From Escherichia phage herni: 50,971 nt of DNA. How positions within the stretch are numbered: the first letter of the stretch is position 1; each line of letters opens with the position of its first letter. The stretch lies in sequence record NC_049823.1. One strand, given 5' to 3'. The position numbers were made by a program, and so were the translations under genes. This document shows, piece after piece, positions 34,772-45,600 of the stretch. Below the pieces are notes generated by a model. That model was given only the letters and a program-made list of their open reading frames with translations. It was not told where the DNA came from and did no database searches.

Positions 34772-35139
34772 ACTATAACGAGATCGCAAGAATGGCAACC
34801 GAAGGAATTAACTTCTTTAGTGATGGCAAAGGTGAGTTTAAGTGCATAACGCAGCGTGGAAGCGTTGAAATCATCGGAGGCGAAGAAGTAGAAAAGCCAG
34901 AGATTAGTGTAATGATTAAGGGTTTAATTCGATCCCCAAAAGTTCGAGAGGTTGACGGCGAGACAATACGAGTAACCGATAAGTTGGGAGTTTTTAACAA
35001 TAAAGTTGAAATTAAGAACGGGTATCATATTGATGTTGATGGTGAATTATATGTTGTAGTTGAAGCAAGACCAATCAGACAAACCAATGTCACTGTTGCT
35101 TATCGGCCTATTTTGAGAAGGATTTCTGTACATGGCTAA
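34768..35139 (+). CDS. head-tail joining protein (putative)
   Basis: Start at MNYNEIAR with GGAGGAG Shine-Dalgarno; positional. Confidence 0.4.
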   Translation: MNYNEIARMATEGINFFSDGKGEFKCITQRGSVEIIGGEEVEKPEISVMIKGLIRSPKVREVDGETIRVTDKLGVFNNKVEIKNGYHIDVDGELYVVVEARPIRQTNVTVAYRPILRRISVHG

Positions 35140-35575
35140 AAACTACACGATAAGGGAATTTCACGGCAACATTGATGCGTGGATAAACGCCGTTGATAGT
35201 GGACTAAAAGATTGCGTGGAGTTATTCGCCGAAAAAGTACACACAGATTTGGTTAAGCGTTCTCCGGTAGATACTGGTCGTTACCGTGGAAACTGGCAGG
35301 TAACAGCAAATAAGCCGCCATTGTATGCGCTTAACCAGTACGATAAGCACGGCGACAAAACGATCGCTGAAGGTAAGCGAGCTATATACGCAATATTGAG
35401 AGGTGGCGGAGCGGTAAGGGCTATTTATTTTTCAAATATGCTTATTTACGCTAACGCGCTTGAATACGGTCATTCAAAACAAGCGCCAGCGGGTGTGCTT
35501 GGTATTGTTGCCGTTAAGTTGCGTTCATATATGGCTGAAGCAATAAAAGAGTCGAGGGCAAAAAATGCACTATGA
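35132..35575 (+). CDS. HK97 gp10-like tail or neck component
   Basis: SPVDTGRYRGNW motif typical of the HK97 gp10 family. Confidence 0.55.
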   Translation: MAKNYTIREFHGNIDAWINAVDSGLKDCVELFAEKVHTDLVKRSPVDTGRYRGNWQVTANKPPLYALNQYDKHGDKTIAEGKRAIYAILRGGGAVRAIYFSNMLIYANALEYGHSKQAPAGVLGIVAVKLRSYMAEAIKESRAKNAL

Positions 35576-35963
35576 ATTAATGCTATCGGCGCGTAAGGCG
35601 CTGGCGACTGAATACGAGAGCAGATTCACGATCGCTTATGAAAACGTAGAGTTTACGCCACCTGGTGACGGTTCGCCGTGGTTGAAGTTTGACTATGCCG
35701 AAGTTGACACAGAATACTTGTCATTGGATCGAAAATGCGTTTCATATATCGGAATGATTCAGGTTGGCATTGTGTTTCCACCAGGTTACGGAACTGACAG
35801 GCCGCGCGTTCTAGCTAAAGAGATTGCGCAATTCTTTTACGATGGTAAAATGCTGGAGCATGGTTATATATATGAGGGTGCAAGAGTTCACAAGCCGCTC
35901 AAGAGTGAAAGCGGTTGGCTTCTCCCTATAAGGTTTTATGTTCGAATTGAAACAAAGGAGTAA
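35565..35963 (+). CDS. tail terminator or completion protein (putative)
   Basis: 132 aa; positional. Confidence 0.4.
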   Translation: MHYELMLSARKALATEYESRFTIAYENVEFTPPGDGSPWLKFDYAEVDTEYLSLDRKCVSYIGMIQVGIVFPPGYGTDRPRVLAKEIAQFFYDGKMLEHGYIYEGARVHKPLKSESGWLLPIRFYVRIETKE

Positions 35964-35968
35964 AAATT

Positions 35969-36631
35969 ATGCATTTACCAAATGGATCGCAAATTTTCGT
36001 TGAGAGCAATCGCGGAAGCGCTATTGAGGCAACGGCAGTATCAAACGCTAAAGATCCTGTATTCACCGTTGCATCTGGCGGAACTGCGTACAAGAAAGGT
36101 GATTATGTTATCATCACTGCGTCTTCTTGGGGTAAGCTGATTGATCGTGTTATGCGTGTAAAGACTAACGGTGAAGAAACAAGCGTAACTCTTGAGGGTG
36201 TTGATACTACCGATCAGAACGTGTTCCCGACTGGCGGCACTGCATCTTTTGCTAAGATTGATGCATGGACAGAGATCCCTTGCGTTCAGGATTTGTCGCA
36301 GGACGGCGGCGAACAGCAATACTATACTTATCAGTGTTTGGCAGACGATCAGGAACAGCAGTTACCTACATATAAGAGCGCTGTTTCTCTTACTTACACT
36401 TTTGCGCACGAATACGATAACGCGATCTATCCGCTATTGCGTGCAGCAGACGAATCCGGCGAAGTGACAGCGCTTCGCATGTATGTACCGAAAGCGAAAG
36501 AGATGCGTTGCTGGGCTGGTGTCCTTTCGTTTAACGAAATCCCACAGACCACAGTTAACGAAATGGAAACTGTTTCCCTGTCTGTATCCCTGAAAGGTCG
36601 ATTCACCTTCCTACCTTCTCAAGTAGCATAA
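35969..36631 (+). CDS. major tail protein
   Basis: 220 aa immediately upstream of the chaperone and tape measure genes; strong terminator downstream. Confidence 0.6.
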   Translation: MHLPNGSQIFVESNRGSAIEATAVSNAKDPVFTVASGGTAYKKGDYVIITASSWGKLIDRVMRVKTNGEETSVTLEGVDTTDQNVFPTGGTASFAKIDAWTEIPCVQDLSQDGGEQQYYTYQCLADDQEQQLPTYKSAVSLTYTFAHEYDNAIYPLLRAADESGEVTALRMYVPKAKEMRCWAGVLSFNEIPQTTVNEMETVSLSVSLKGRFTFLPSQVA

Positions 36632-36636
36632 TAACA

Positions 36637-36660
36637 AGGGGCGTTGCGCCCCTTTTTTTG
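36637..36660 (+). terminator. rho-independent terminator
   Basis: GGGGCG-tt-GCGCCCC followed by TTTTTTTGTT. Confidence 0.65.
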
Positions 36661-36698
36661 TTACTGTACAATCATGCTACACGATTCATAATCAATTC

Positions 36699-36717
36699 TT
36701 TTAACAAAAAGTGCTAT
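36699..36717 (-). promoter_or_regulatory. conserved intergenic motif in inverted orientation, directly upstream of the tail chaperone gene
   Basis: TTTTAACAAAAAGTGCTAT on the plus strand, ending 13 nt before the ATG. Confidence 0.35.
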
Positions 36718-36730
36718 CAAGGAGAAAGAA

Positions 36731-37048
36731 ATGTCAAAAATGAAATTGACGATTGGGCCGCTTCCTGACTTTAAATTACCAGTGAAATTTGCAATGCCTA
36801 ACGGAGAAGATCAAACAATTATCTTCACAGTTCGCCACCGCAAAACAAGTGAGATTCACGATCGCTACACTTCCGACACTCCGATGAGCGATGTTGAAAT
36901 GATCACCTTCCTTGCTTCCGGTTGGAATCTTGATGATGAATTTAACGAAGAAAATATTAAACAGCTTCTTGATTACTACCCAGCAACAGCAATCGGATTA
37001 ACTAGCGCATACATGAAAGCGCTTGCGGGGCAGCGAGTAAAAAACTAA
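36731..37048 (+). CDS. tail assembly chaperone (lambda G-like, zero-frame product)
   Basis: 105 aa between the major tail and tape measure genes; ends at a slippery heptamer. Confidence 0.65.
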   Translation: MSKMKLTIGPLPDFKLPVKFAMPNGEDQTIIFTVRHRKTSEIHDRYTSDTPMSDVEMITFLASGWNLDDEFNEENIKQLLDYYPATAIGLTSAYMKALAGQRVKN

Positions 37049-37082
37049 AAAGGGCGGTTTACCTGTTTTATCAGAAACCGCC
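37039..37082 (+). other. -1 programmed ribosomal frameshift site: heptamer A AAA AAC, 7-nt spacer, 8-bp stem hairpin
   Basis: Heptamer at 37039-37045 in the zero frame immediately before the TAA stop; hairpin GGCGGTTT-n14-AAACCGCC at 37053-37082. Confidence 0.6.
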
Positions 37083-37359
37083 GACAGATGCAGAGCTTGA
37101 GGCTGTTGGCCTTACAAGGGCAGACTATGAAGGAGAAGATCCGCCAGAGGTTATATTTGATGAAAGCATGATGCAATCATGGGATATATTTTGCGCAATG
37201 CAAACACAATGGAGATGTTCAGGCGGTGGCGCTTACGGATTTGATTATAATGTCTTGCCTATGCTTTTTGAGATTTACAAGGTTGAGGATCGCGAGATGG
37301 CGCTAAACGACTTGCGAATCATGGAGCAAAAAGCACTTGAAATGATGCATTCAAAATAA
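37042..37359 (+). CDS. -1 frame extension of the tail assembly chaperone (lambda GT-like fusion C-terminus)
   Basis: The -1 frame is open from 37006 to 37359 with no independent Shine-Dalgarno start; position matches the G/GT arrangement. Confidence 0.55.
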   Translation, partial: KLKRAVYLFYQKPPTDAELEAVGLTRADYEGEDPPEVIFDESMMQSWDIFCAMQTQWRCSGGGAYGFDYNVLPMLFEIYKVEDREMALNDLRIMEQKALEMMHSK

Positions 37360-37381
37360 GCGCCTGCGGGCGCTTTTTTAT
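37359..37381 (+). terminator. rho-independent terminator
   Basis: AGCGCC-tgcg-GGCGCT followed by TTTTTTATT. Confidence 0.6.
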
Positions 37382-37398
37382 TACCTGGAGGATTAATA

Positions 37399-40071
37399 AT
37401 GTCAGAACAATACGCAGGATTGACGCTTGGGGTTGATGTATCTCAACTCAACAATGCTGTAAAATCTTTGCAGCAATTCAAAAAGGCAAACGACGACGCA
37501 AAGGGGAGCGTTGAGAGCTTTGTTGATTCAGAGGTTGTTGCAAGGCAAAGAGCCAAACAATTGGCTGAGGAATTGGCGAAACAGAAACAGGAATTTAAAG
37601 CAATTCAGTCGGCAATAGATCCGACAGCAAGCAAAATGGATAAGTTGCGCCAGGCAGCAACACAGCTTGATGCGCTTTGGAAAAAAGGAATTGTGCCGGA
37701 TGATACATTCTTTGAGTTAGGATCAATTCTTGAGACGCAGCAAAACAAACTGATCGCAACTAAAAAGGCGCTAACTGAAGAAGGTCGCGCGGCGCTTGAG
37801 GAAGCAAAAAACAAGGCAAGGGCAGAGGCTGAGGCAAGAAAGTTCATTGCGGCATTGCAGGCGCAAGCTGACGCAGCGGAAAAAACAAAATCAGAGCTTG
37901 TCGAAATGAGAGCCGCACAACTTGGAGTCAGTGCAGAAGCTGCGCCATTTATTGCAAAAATGAAGGAGCAGGAAAAACAAGCCTCAAAACTTGGCGTTTC
38001 TATGGGGCAGTACAAGCAAGCAATGGCGCAATTGCCAATGCAGATCACTGACGTTGTTACTTCTCTTGCTTCAGGTATGCCAGTATGGATGATCGCAATC
38101 CAGCAAGGGGGGCAAATCAAGGACTCATTCGGCGGTGTTGCTAATACGTTTAAAGCGCTAATGACATTTGTCACGCCTTTAAGTGTAGGAATGACGGCGC
38201 TGACTGGTGCTCTTGGTTATGCTGCATATAATGCATACAAAGCAAATGCACAATTGAAGGAGATCACAAAAACCGTTCAGGAGGCAACAGGTCTTTCAGG
38301 TGAGTTTGCAGAGCGGATCGCAACTGGAATCCAGGCGCTATCTGACAAGACAGGTGAGAGCGCCGATAATCTGGCAAAGGCATACATAAGCACTAAGGAC
38401 GGAGCAAACGAGGCCATACAAAAACTCGTCGATGTTGGGTTTACCTATGACGAAGCAAAGGCAAAAGTAAACGAATACAAAAACGCATCAAGTTTTGTAA
38501 GTCTTAACAATGAAATTGCTGATCACAAAAACAAAGTTCTTGAGCTTGGCGATTCATGGTATGCGGTCTTAAAAGCAAAACGTGATTATGCTTCACCGTC
38601 AGGCGGGCTGTTGGGGAAAGAGCTTGGTTATGTGAATCCAATGCTGCAATTTGCGAAGAACACCTATGAGGATATAGGAAAGATCGTAAAAGATGCGAAT
38701 AAGGATATGGCGGAACGAGCAGCACGCATCGACAGAGAAAACCTTTCCTTAAACAGAGTTCGAGCGGCGCAAGAGGCTTTAAACAAAGCCATAGAGGATC
38801 AGAAGAACGTAGCAAGGACAGCAGACGAAGAGTTGAAAAAACGAGCGGCTGAGAACGTGGAGTTCAGGCGAAAAGAGCTTGAAGAGGCGAAGAAGGCGCA
38901 GCAGCAAAAGGAGAAAGTTGGTGGAGTTGTAAAAGCACCAACAGAGCAGCTTGATAAGGAACTATATGTTCTCAAGGCGCAACTTGAAACGCTGAAAGAG
39001 CACAGAACTGTAAATGATGTTATTTCACGCCAGAGGCAATCTTTGTGGAGCATTGAAAAGCAGATCCAGATCCTGGAGGAAGCGCAAAGCAAACGTAAGC
39101 TGACAAAAGCGGAACAGGCGTTACTAAACGAGCAAAAAGCAGTTATTGCTATGGCAAAAGAAAAGGCCGAGATAGGCGATCAGATTGTTTTGCAACAGAG
39201 AAAGAATAAGCAATACCAGGACGGGCTTAAATTCATTCAGCAAACATCAGATGCTATTGACGCTATGAACTTGCGACAGTCTGGAGCTACAGATCTGCAA
39301 ATCCAGCGAGAGCTTGAGTTGAAGAAGTTGCGAACTGATTATGTTGCTGGTGGCGGTAGTATCGACGATGAAATTTATCAGCAGATGGAAGCAAAGCTGA
39401 AAGAGTATTACGCCACTGAGGATCAGCTTCGAAATAACTGGATTGCAGGAGCAAAAAACGCTTGGGAGGTTTACGGACAAGATGCAATGGATATGTACGG
39501 CAACGTGCAAGATATTGCAAGCGAGGCGCTCAATGGTCTAACCAATCAAATGGCTACATTCCTTGCAACCGGTAAGGCAAACTTTAAGAGCTTCGCAACG
39601 TCAATCATCCAAATGATTATTCAGATGATCACAAAGATGGTTATCTTTAATGCCATATCTGGTGCGATTGGAGGTGACACTTGGACGATTGGAAGCCTTC
39701 TTAAAAATGTTGGATTTGCAACAGGTGGATACACTGGCGACGGCGGGAAGTATGAGCCAGCAGGTGTTGTCCATAAAGGCGAGTTTGTCATGACGAAGGA
39801 GGCCACGAAACGGATCGGAGTTGGAAATCTTTACAAAATGATGCGCGGTTATGCAAATGGCGGCGTTGTTGGCGGCACTTCATACACTGGCGGCGGAGTT
39901 TCATCTGGAGCAACAAATCTTAATATTGGCGGGATCAGCGTTGATATTAACAACGGAAGCGATCCGAAAGGGTTGGAGACTGGCGTAAAAATGATTTTCA
40001 CTGATATGATTAAGCGTTCCTGTACGCAGGGTGGGGAAGTTTACGAATTTGTTATGTCTAAGCGGGGGTGA
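37399..40071 (+). CDS. tail tape measure protein
   Basis: 890 aa, long Ala/Lys/Glu/Gln-rich coiled-coil, hydrophobic segments, Gly-rich C-terminus; position after the chaperone. Confidence 0.85.
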   Translation: MSEQYAGLTLGVDVSQLNNAVKSLQQFKKANDDAKGSVESFVDSEVVARQRAKQLAEELAKQKQEFKAIQSAIDPTASKMDKLRQAATQLDALWKKGIVPDDTFFELGSILETQQNKLIATKKALTEEGRAALEEAKNKARAEAEARKFIAALQAQADAAEKTKSELVEMRAAQLGVSAEAAPFIAKMKEQEKQASKLGVSMGQYKQAMAQLPMQITDVVTSLASGMPVWMIAIQQGGQIKDSFGGVANTFKALMTFVTPLSVGMTALTGALGYAAYNAYKANAQLKEITKTVQEATGLSGEFAERIATGIQALSDKTGESADNLAKAYISTKDGANEAIQKLVDVGFTYDEAKAKVNEYKNASSFVSLNNEIADHKNKVLELGDSWYAVLKAKRDYASPSGGLLGKELGYVNPMLQFAKNTYEDIGKIVKDANKDMAERAARIDRENLSLNRVRAAQEALNKAIEDQKNVARTADEELKKRAAENVEFRRKELEEAKKAQQQKEKVGGVVKAPTEQLDKELYVLKAQLETLKEHRTVNDVISRQRQSLWSIEKQIQILEEAQSKRKLTKAEQALLNEQKAVIAMAKEKAEIGDQIVLQQRKNKQYQDGLKFIQQTSDAIDAMNLRQSGATDLQIQRELELKKLRTDYVAGGGSIDDEIYQQMEAKLKEYYATEDQLRNNWIAGAKNAWEVYGQDAMDMYGNVQDIASEALNGLTNQMATFLATGKANFKSFATSIIQMIIQMITKMVIFNAISGAIGGDTWTIGSLLKNVGFATGGYTGDGGKYEPAGVVHKGEFVMTKEATKRIGVGNLYKMMRGYANGGVVGGTSYTGGGVSSGATNLNIGGISVDINNGSDPKGLETGVKMIFTDMIKRSCTQGGEVYEFVMSKRG

Positions 40072-40127
40072 TAGTGAAACTTGAGCAATTCAAATGGTGC
40101 ACGCAAACGCAAGGAGGCGGCGGCACT

Positions 40128-40424
40128 ATGACCACATCGAATAACGACAGGGAAATCTCATTTGGCAATGGTTACACGCAGGTTGCTTCAGGAGGGTTTA
40201 ACACGGTACGCAGGGAGTTTCCCATTGTCTATGTTGGCAAGGATTACAGAGACGTTGTTGACTTCCTGAATGGACACAGGCTGAAGCCGTTTTTATGGTT
40301 TATGCCTGACGGTCAACCTGGTCTATTCAGGGTAAAATCTGGTAGCGTTGGATTAACTCCAATATCAGCAACCGTTCAGGAAGTGAAAGCAACATTTACT
40401 GAACAATTTACATCAATGCAATAA
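40128..40424 (+). CDS. minor tail protein (lambda M-like)
   Basis: Start at MTTSNN with AAGGAGG Shine-Dalgarno (the track start GTG 40068 overlaps the tape measure stop); size and position. Confidence 0.5.
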   Translation: MTTSNNDREISFGNGYTQVASGGFNTVRREFPIVYVGKDYRDVVDFLNGHRLKPFLWFMPDGQPGLFRVKSGSVGLTPISATVQEVKATFTEQFTSMQ

Positions 40425-40428
40425 TTCA

Positions 40429-40452
40429 AGCCGCCTTTGTGCGGCTTTTTTA
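40429..40452 (+). terminator. rho-independent terminator
   Basis: GCCGC-ctttgt-GCGGC followed by TTTTTTATT. Confidence 0.6.
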
Positions 40453-40485
40453 TTGATGATACAATGTACGAAAGGAGGTGCAATT

Positions 40486-41247
40486 ATGGCTAATGAAACA
40501 ACAGGTCGCGCGGATCTTGAAAATTGTCTGCAAAGCCTTTACCCTGGCGAGATTATCACGCTAATTGAAATTGACGGAACAAAGTTTGGCGCAAACATTT
40601 ACCGCATACACAATGAGAACATCTCATACACTGCGGAAGAATTATTGCAGGCGCGAGAAACTGGAGTTCTTCCGCCGAAAGAGATTACATTCCGTGGTGA
40701 GGTTTACGGCGCGCGCCCGTTCGGAATATCAGGTATCAACTTCACAAGCAACGGAAAGGCTGATAAGCCACAATTGATACTGTCAAACCTTGACAGCCAG
40801 GTGAGCGCGATGATTCGCAACTTTAACGGCATGATGCAAGCTAAGGTTACAATCTGGATCACGCCAGCAGAATTAATGGGTAAAGATGGCAGCATTAAAG
40901 ATGGCGCTTCAAGAAAGCTGGTTTATTACATTGAGCGCCCAAGCCATTACAATAGAATGATGGCAAAGTTTGATCTGACATCGCCTTATGATATGGATGG
41001 AATAATGATTCCTCCGCGAATAACTCAAAGCGTTTGTTATTGGGCGCAGCGTGGATGGTATCGAAGCGGAAAGGGTTGCGGATACAATGGATCGCGAATG
41101 TTTGACAAAGACAACAATCCTGTAACCGATCCATCTCAAGACTTTTGCGCCGGAACTGTAACAGCGTGCAAACTTCGTTTTGGTGCAGATCAGCAGCTTG
41201 ATTTTGGCGGTGCGCCAGTAGCAAGCCTGTTAAGGAGAAATCAGTGA
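40486..41247 (+). CDS. minor tail protein (lambda L-like)
   Basis: 253 aa; start at MANETT with AAGGAGG Shine-Dalgarno; position. Confidence 0.55.
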   Translation: MANETTGRADLENCLQSLYPGEIITLIEIDGTKFGANIYRIHNENISYTAEELLQARETGVLPPKEITFRGEVYGARPFGISGINFTSNGKADKPQLILSNLDSQVSAMIRNFNGMMQAKVTIWITPAELMGKDGSIKDGASRKLVYYIERPSHYNRMMAKFDLTSPYDMDGIMIPPRITQSVCYWAQRGWYRSGKGCGYNGSRMFDKDNNPVTDPSQDFCAGTVTACKLRFGADQQLDFGGAPVASLLRRNQ

Positions 41248-41978
41248 TGATTAGTGCAAAAATAAAACTTGAAATAATGCAGCACGTAAAAGATGAATAC
41301 CCGCGCGAGGCGTGCGGTGTTATCACTCAAAAATCACGCGTGCAAAAATACCGCCGCATAACCAACGTACATGATGATCCTGAAAATCATTTTGAGATGG
41401 ACGCAATTGAATACGTTGAAGCGTGCGAAAGTGGCGAGCTTATTGCTGTTGTGCATAGCCACACTGGAGACGGGGCAAGTACAATTCCAAGCGCCCATGA
41501 TACATGCATGTGTGATGAAATGGGTGTTTCATGGGTTATTGTGTCATGGCCCGAAGGTGATATGAGAATCATTGAGCCTGAATCTCGTCCTCTGATTGGT
41601 CGCCCGTGGTCGCTTGGGGCGTATGATTGCTGGGGGCTTATTATGGCATGGCATAAGCAACATGGCGTTATCCTGAATGACTTCAGGAAACCATATGAAT
41701 GGTGGAAGCCTGAGCACGGTGAAAATCTTTATCAAGAAAATTATCTGAAAGAGGGCTTTATTGAAACAGGAGAGCCGCCAAAACCTGGTGATATGGTTAT
41801 CTTTCAGCTTTCCGCGCCAGTGTGGAATCATGCAGGTATTTATCTTGGCAACAACCAATTGCTCCATCATGCCTTTGGCAAGTTGTCAAGGGTTGATTTG
41901 TATTCTGGATGGTATCAGGAACATGCAAAAATGGTTTGTAGACATAAGGATCTAAAATATGACTTTGAAGGTAATTAA
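41247..41978 (+). CDS. tail assembly protein (lambda K-like, MPN/JAB plus NlpC/P60 domains)
   Basis: JAMM-like motif HSHTGDGASTIPSAHD and Cys-containing DCWGL; AAGGAGAAA Shine-Dalgarno. Confidence 0.7.
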   Translation: MISAKIKLEIMQHVKDEYPREACGVITQKSRVQKYRRITNVHDDPENHFEMDAIEYVEACESGELIAVVHSHTGDGASTIPSAHDTCMCDEMGVSWVIVSWPEGDMRIIEPESRPLIGRPWSLGAYDCWGLIMAWHKQHGVILNDFRKPYEWWKPEHGENLYQENYLKEGFIETGEPPKPGDMVIFQLSAPVWNHAGIYLGNNQLLHHAFGKLSRVDLYSGWYQEHAKMVCRHKDLKYDFEGN

Positions 41979-42555
41979 ATTATCTGGATCTTTAGGCCGA
42001 AGATTTGGAGTATTTCATAAGCTGGCTGTTGATTCATACCCAGAAGCAATACGCGCACTATCTTCGCAGGTGGAAGGATTCAAGGACTACATGCAAAGCG
42101 AAGTAGGATCGCGTATGCGTTACGCTGTATTTGTTGACGGTAAGAATGTAGGACAGCACGATGAAAAAGCGTGGCAATGCGCAAAGGAAGTGAGGATTAT
42201 TCCAATCCCAACAGGTTCAAAGTCTGGTGGGTTGTTTCAGGTTGTTCTTGGGGCGGTTATTATGGCGACTGCATTTTTCACTGGCGGCGCTTCACTTGCG
42301 TTTATGGGTGCTTTTGCATCGTCTGCTTTCATGATGGGTGGTGCTATGGTGCTTGGCGGCGTAATGCAAATGATTTCACCACAGCAAGGCGGGTCGCGGT
42401 TATCATCCCAATCAGCAGAGAATAAGCCGTCTTACGCTTTTGGCGGTGCAGTTAACACAACGGCGGCAGGATACCCAATACCATTGCCATACGGTCAAAG
42501 GACCGTCGGCGGAGCTATCTGGTCGGCTGGTAGTTATGCAGAAGATAAGGCTTAA
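41959..42555 (+). CDS. tail assembly protein (lambda I-like)
   Basis: 198 aa with Gly/Ala-rich hydrophobic C-terminal half; position between the K-like and J-like genes. Confidence 0.55.
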   Translation: MTLKVIKLSGSLGRRFGVFHKLAVDSYPEAIRALSSQVEGFKDYMQSEVGSRMRYAVFVDGKNVGQHDEKAWQCAKEVRIIPIPTGSKSGGLFQVVLGAVIMATAFFTGGASLAFMGAFASSAFMMGGAMVLGGVMQMISPQQGGSRLSSQSAENKPSYAFGGAVNTTAAGYPIPLPYGQRTVGGAIWSAGSYAEDKA

Positions 42556-42563
42556 TATAAAAG

Positions 42564-42590
42564 AGTCGCGCGTTGCGCGGCTTTTTTTTT
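42564..42590 (+). terminator. rho-independent terminator
   Basis: GC-rich hairpin followed by nine T. Confidence 0.6.
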
Positions 42591-42635
42591 GCCCGTATAA
42601 TTCAACAAATCAAATAGCACAAAAGGTGAAAAAGC

Positions 42636-45600
42636 ATGGCTGAAAATATGATAACGGGCAGTAAGGGTGGATCATCAAAACCTTATGTTCCGAAAGAGAT
42701 GGAAGATAACCTGATCTCAATCAACAAAATCAAAATACTTCTTGCCGTTTCCGATGGTGAGTGCGATCCAAGTTTTACACTTCGCGATCTGTATCTTGAT
42801 GATGTTCCGGTAATTGCAGACGACGGAACTGTTAACTACCAGGGTGTGAAAGCTGAATTTCGACCTGGAACGCAGACGCAAGATTACATCCAGGGATTTA
42901 CTGACACATCAAGCGAAGTGACGCTGGCGCGTGACATTACTACATCAAATCCTTATGTAATTTCTGTAACCAACAAAACATTATCGGCTATCAGAATCAA
43001 AATGCTAATGCCAACAGGCATTAAGCAAGAGGATAACGGCGATCTTGTCGGCGTTAAGGTTACTTATGCTGTTGATATGGCTGTTGACGGAGACTCTTAC
43101 AAAGAAGTATTGCTAGACACCATCGAAGGTAAAACGCGTTCCGGTTACGACAGAAGCCGAAGGATTGACCTTCCGGCATTTAATGATCGCGTATTGCTTA
43201 GGGTTAGAAGGGTTACGGCAGACAGCGCATCCTCTCGCGTTACTGATCTGATTAAGCTACAAAGTTACGCTGAGGTTATTGATGCAAAATTCCGTTATCC
43301 TCTGACTGGTCTTGTATACGTTGAACTTGACAGTGAGTTGTTCCCTAACCAGATCCCTAACATTTCAATCAAGAAGAAATGGAAGTTAATTAATGTTCCG
43401 AGCAATTACGATCCAGTAATGCGAGAGTATCACGGTTCATGGGATGGTACTTTCAAGAAAGCGTGGTCGAACAATCCGGCGTGGGTTCTTTATGACATTA
43501 TCACAAACCAGCGATACGGATTAGATCAGCGAGAACTTGGCGTGCAGGTTGACAAATGGAGTCTTTACGAAGCGGCGCAATACTGCGATCAGAAAGTGCC
43601 GGATGGAAAAGGCGGTACAGAGCCGCGTTATCTATGCGACGTTGTGATTCAAAGCCAGATTGAGGCTTATCAGCTTATTCGTGATATTTGCTCAATCTTC
43701 CGAGGCATGAGCTTTTGGAATGGCGAGAGCTTGTCAATCGTCATTGATAAGCCGCGCGATCCGTCGTACATCTTCACCAATGACAACGTTGTTGATGGTG
43801 ATTTTCAGTACACAACAGCAAGCGAAAAGAGCATGTACACGCAGTGCAACGTGACGTTCGACGACGAACAAAACATGTACCAACAGGACGTAGAGGGCGT
43901 ATTCGACACCGAGGCAGCATTGCGATTTGGATACAATCCTACAAGCATAACAGCGATTGGATGTACACGCAGGAGTGAGGCTAATCGGCGCGGTCGATGG
44001 ATACTAAAAACTAACTTGCGCAGCACTACGGTAAACTTTGCTACTGGACTGGAAGGCATGATCCCATCAATAGGTGATGTGATTGCTATTGCTGACAACT
44101 TTCACAGCAGCAACCTTAAGTTAAACCTATCAGGGCGCGTGATGGAAGTTTCAGGCTTGCAGGTGTTCGCTCCGTTTAAGATTGACGCGCGACCAGGTGA
44201 TTTCATTATCATCAACAAGCCAGACGGGAAGCCAGTTAAGCGCACAATCTCAAAAGTAAGCGGTGACGGAAAAACCATTGAGCTAAATATTGGGTTTGGA
44301 TTTGAGGTTAAACCTGACACGGTTTTTGCAATCGACCGCACTGATATTGCATTGCAGCAATACGTTGTAACGAGTATCGGCAAAGGTGATGATGATGATG
44401 AATTTACATACTCCATCACGGCTGTTGAATATGACCCGAACAAATACGACGAGATTGATTATGGAGTAAACATTGACGACAGGCCAACTTCAATTGTCCA
44501 GCCTGACACAATGGCAGCGCCTGAAAATGTGCAAATATCCTCCTACTCGCGAATTGTCCAGGGTGCAAGCGTTGAAACAATGGTTGTGTCGTGGGATAAA
44601 GTACCTTACGCATCGCTGTATGAAATGCAGTGGCGAAAAGGTGATGGCAACTGGCTGAATACACCACAGACTGCAAACAAAGAAATTGAGGTTGAAGGTA
44701 TTTATTCAGGAAACTACCAGGTAAGGGTTAGATCTGTTTCTGCTTCAGGTTCGACGTCGCCGTGGTCCAGAATTGTAACAGCTTCACTGACTGGTAAGGT
44801 AGGAGAGCCAGGCGCGCCAGTTAACTTAACTGCATCCGACAATGAGGTGTTTGGCATTCGTGTTAAGTGGGGGATGCCAGAAGGCAGCGGAGACACGGCA
44901 TACATTGAGCTTCATCAGTCGCCGGATGGAACGGCTGAAAACTCAAGCCTGTTAACTCTGATCCCATATCCACAATATGAATACTGGCACGGTACGCTTC
45001 CGGCTGGTCATGTTGTATGGTATAGAATCCGCAGTGTTGACAGAATCGGCAACGTTTCCGGATGGACTGATTTTGTTAGAGGCATGGCTTCAGATGATGT
45101 GGAGGCTGTTTTAGGCAATATTCTTGATAAGATTTTTGATACCGAAGCAGGGAAGGATCTGAAAGAGAATGCCATTGATAGCGCAAACAAAATCAAGGAT
45201 CAGGCGCAAAGCATCATTCAAAACGCATTGGCGAATGATGCAGACGTTAGGATTATGAGGAAGGAAAACGGAAAACGCAAAGCCGAATTCAGGCAATCAA
45301 TACAGTTGATCGCAGATGAAACTGAGGCGCGCGTTACCGCAATGACGCAACTCAAGGCTGAATTTGACGAGGAAATAACTAGCGAAGTAACGAGGCTTGA
45401 TCAGGCAATTGCAACAGAATCGGAAACGCGAGCAACAGCCATTGAGGAATTGAAATCACAGATTGGAGATGATATTCAGGGGCAGTTAACGAGAGTTGAG
45501 GAGGCGATTGCAAGCGAAACAGAGGCGCGCGTTTCTGCTGACACAGCATTAACAGCGAAGTTTGGAGATGTTGAATCAGCGCTGACGGAAAAACTTGATT

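Noticed and set aside
37605-38174. 189-aa minus-strand ORF inside the tape measure gene
   Set aside because: Lies antisense within a long, well-supported coding region; its composition mirrors the Ala/Lys-rich sense frame; no ribosome-binding site.
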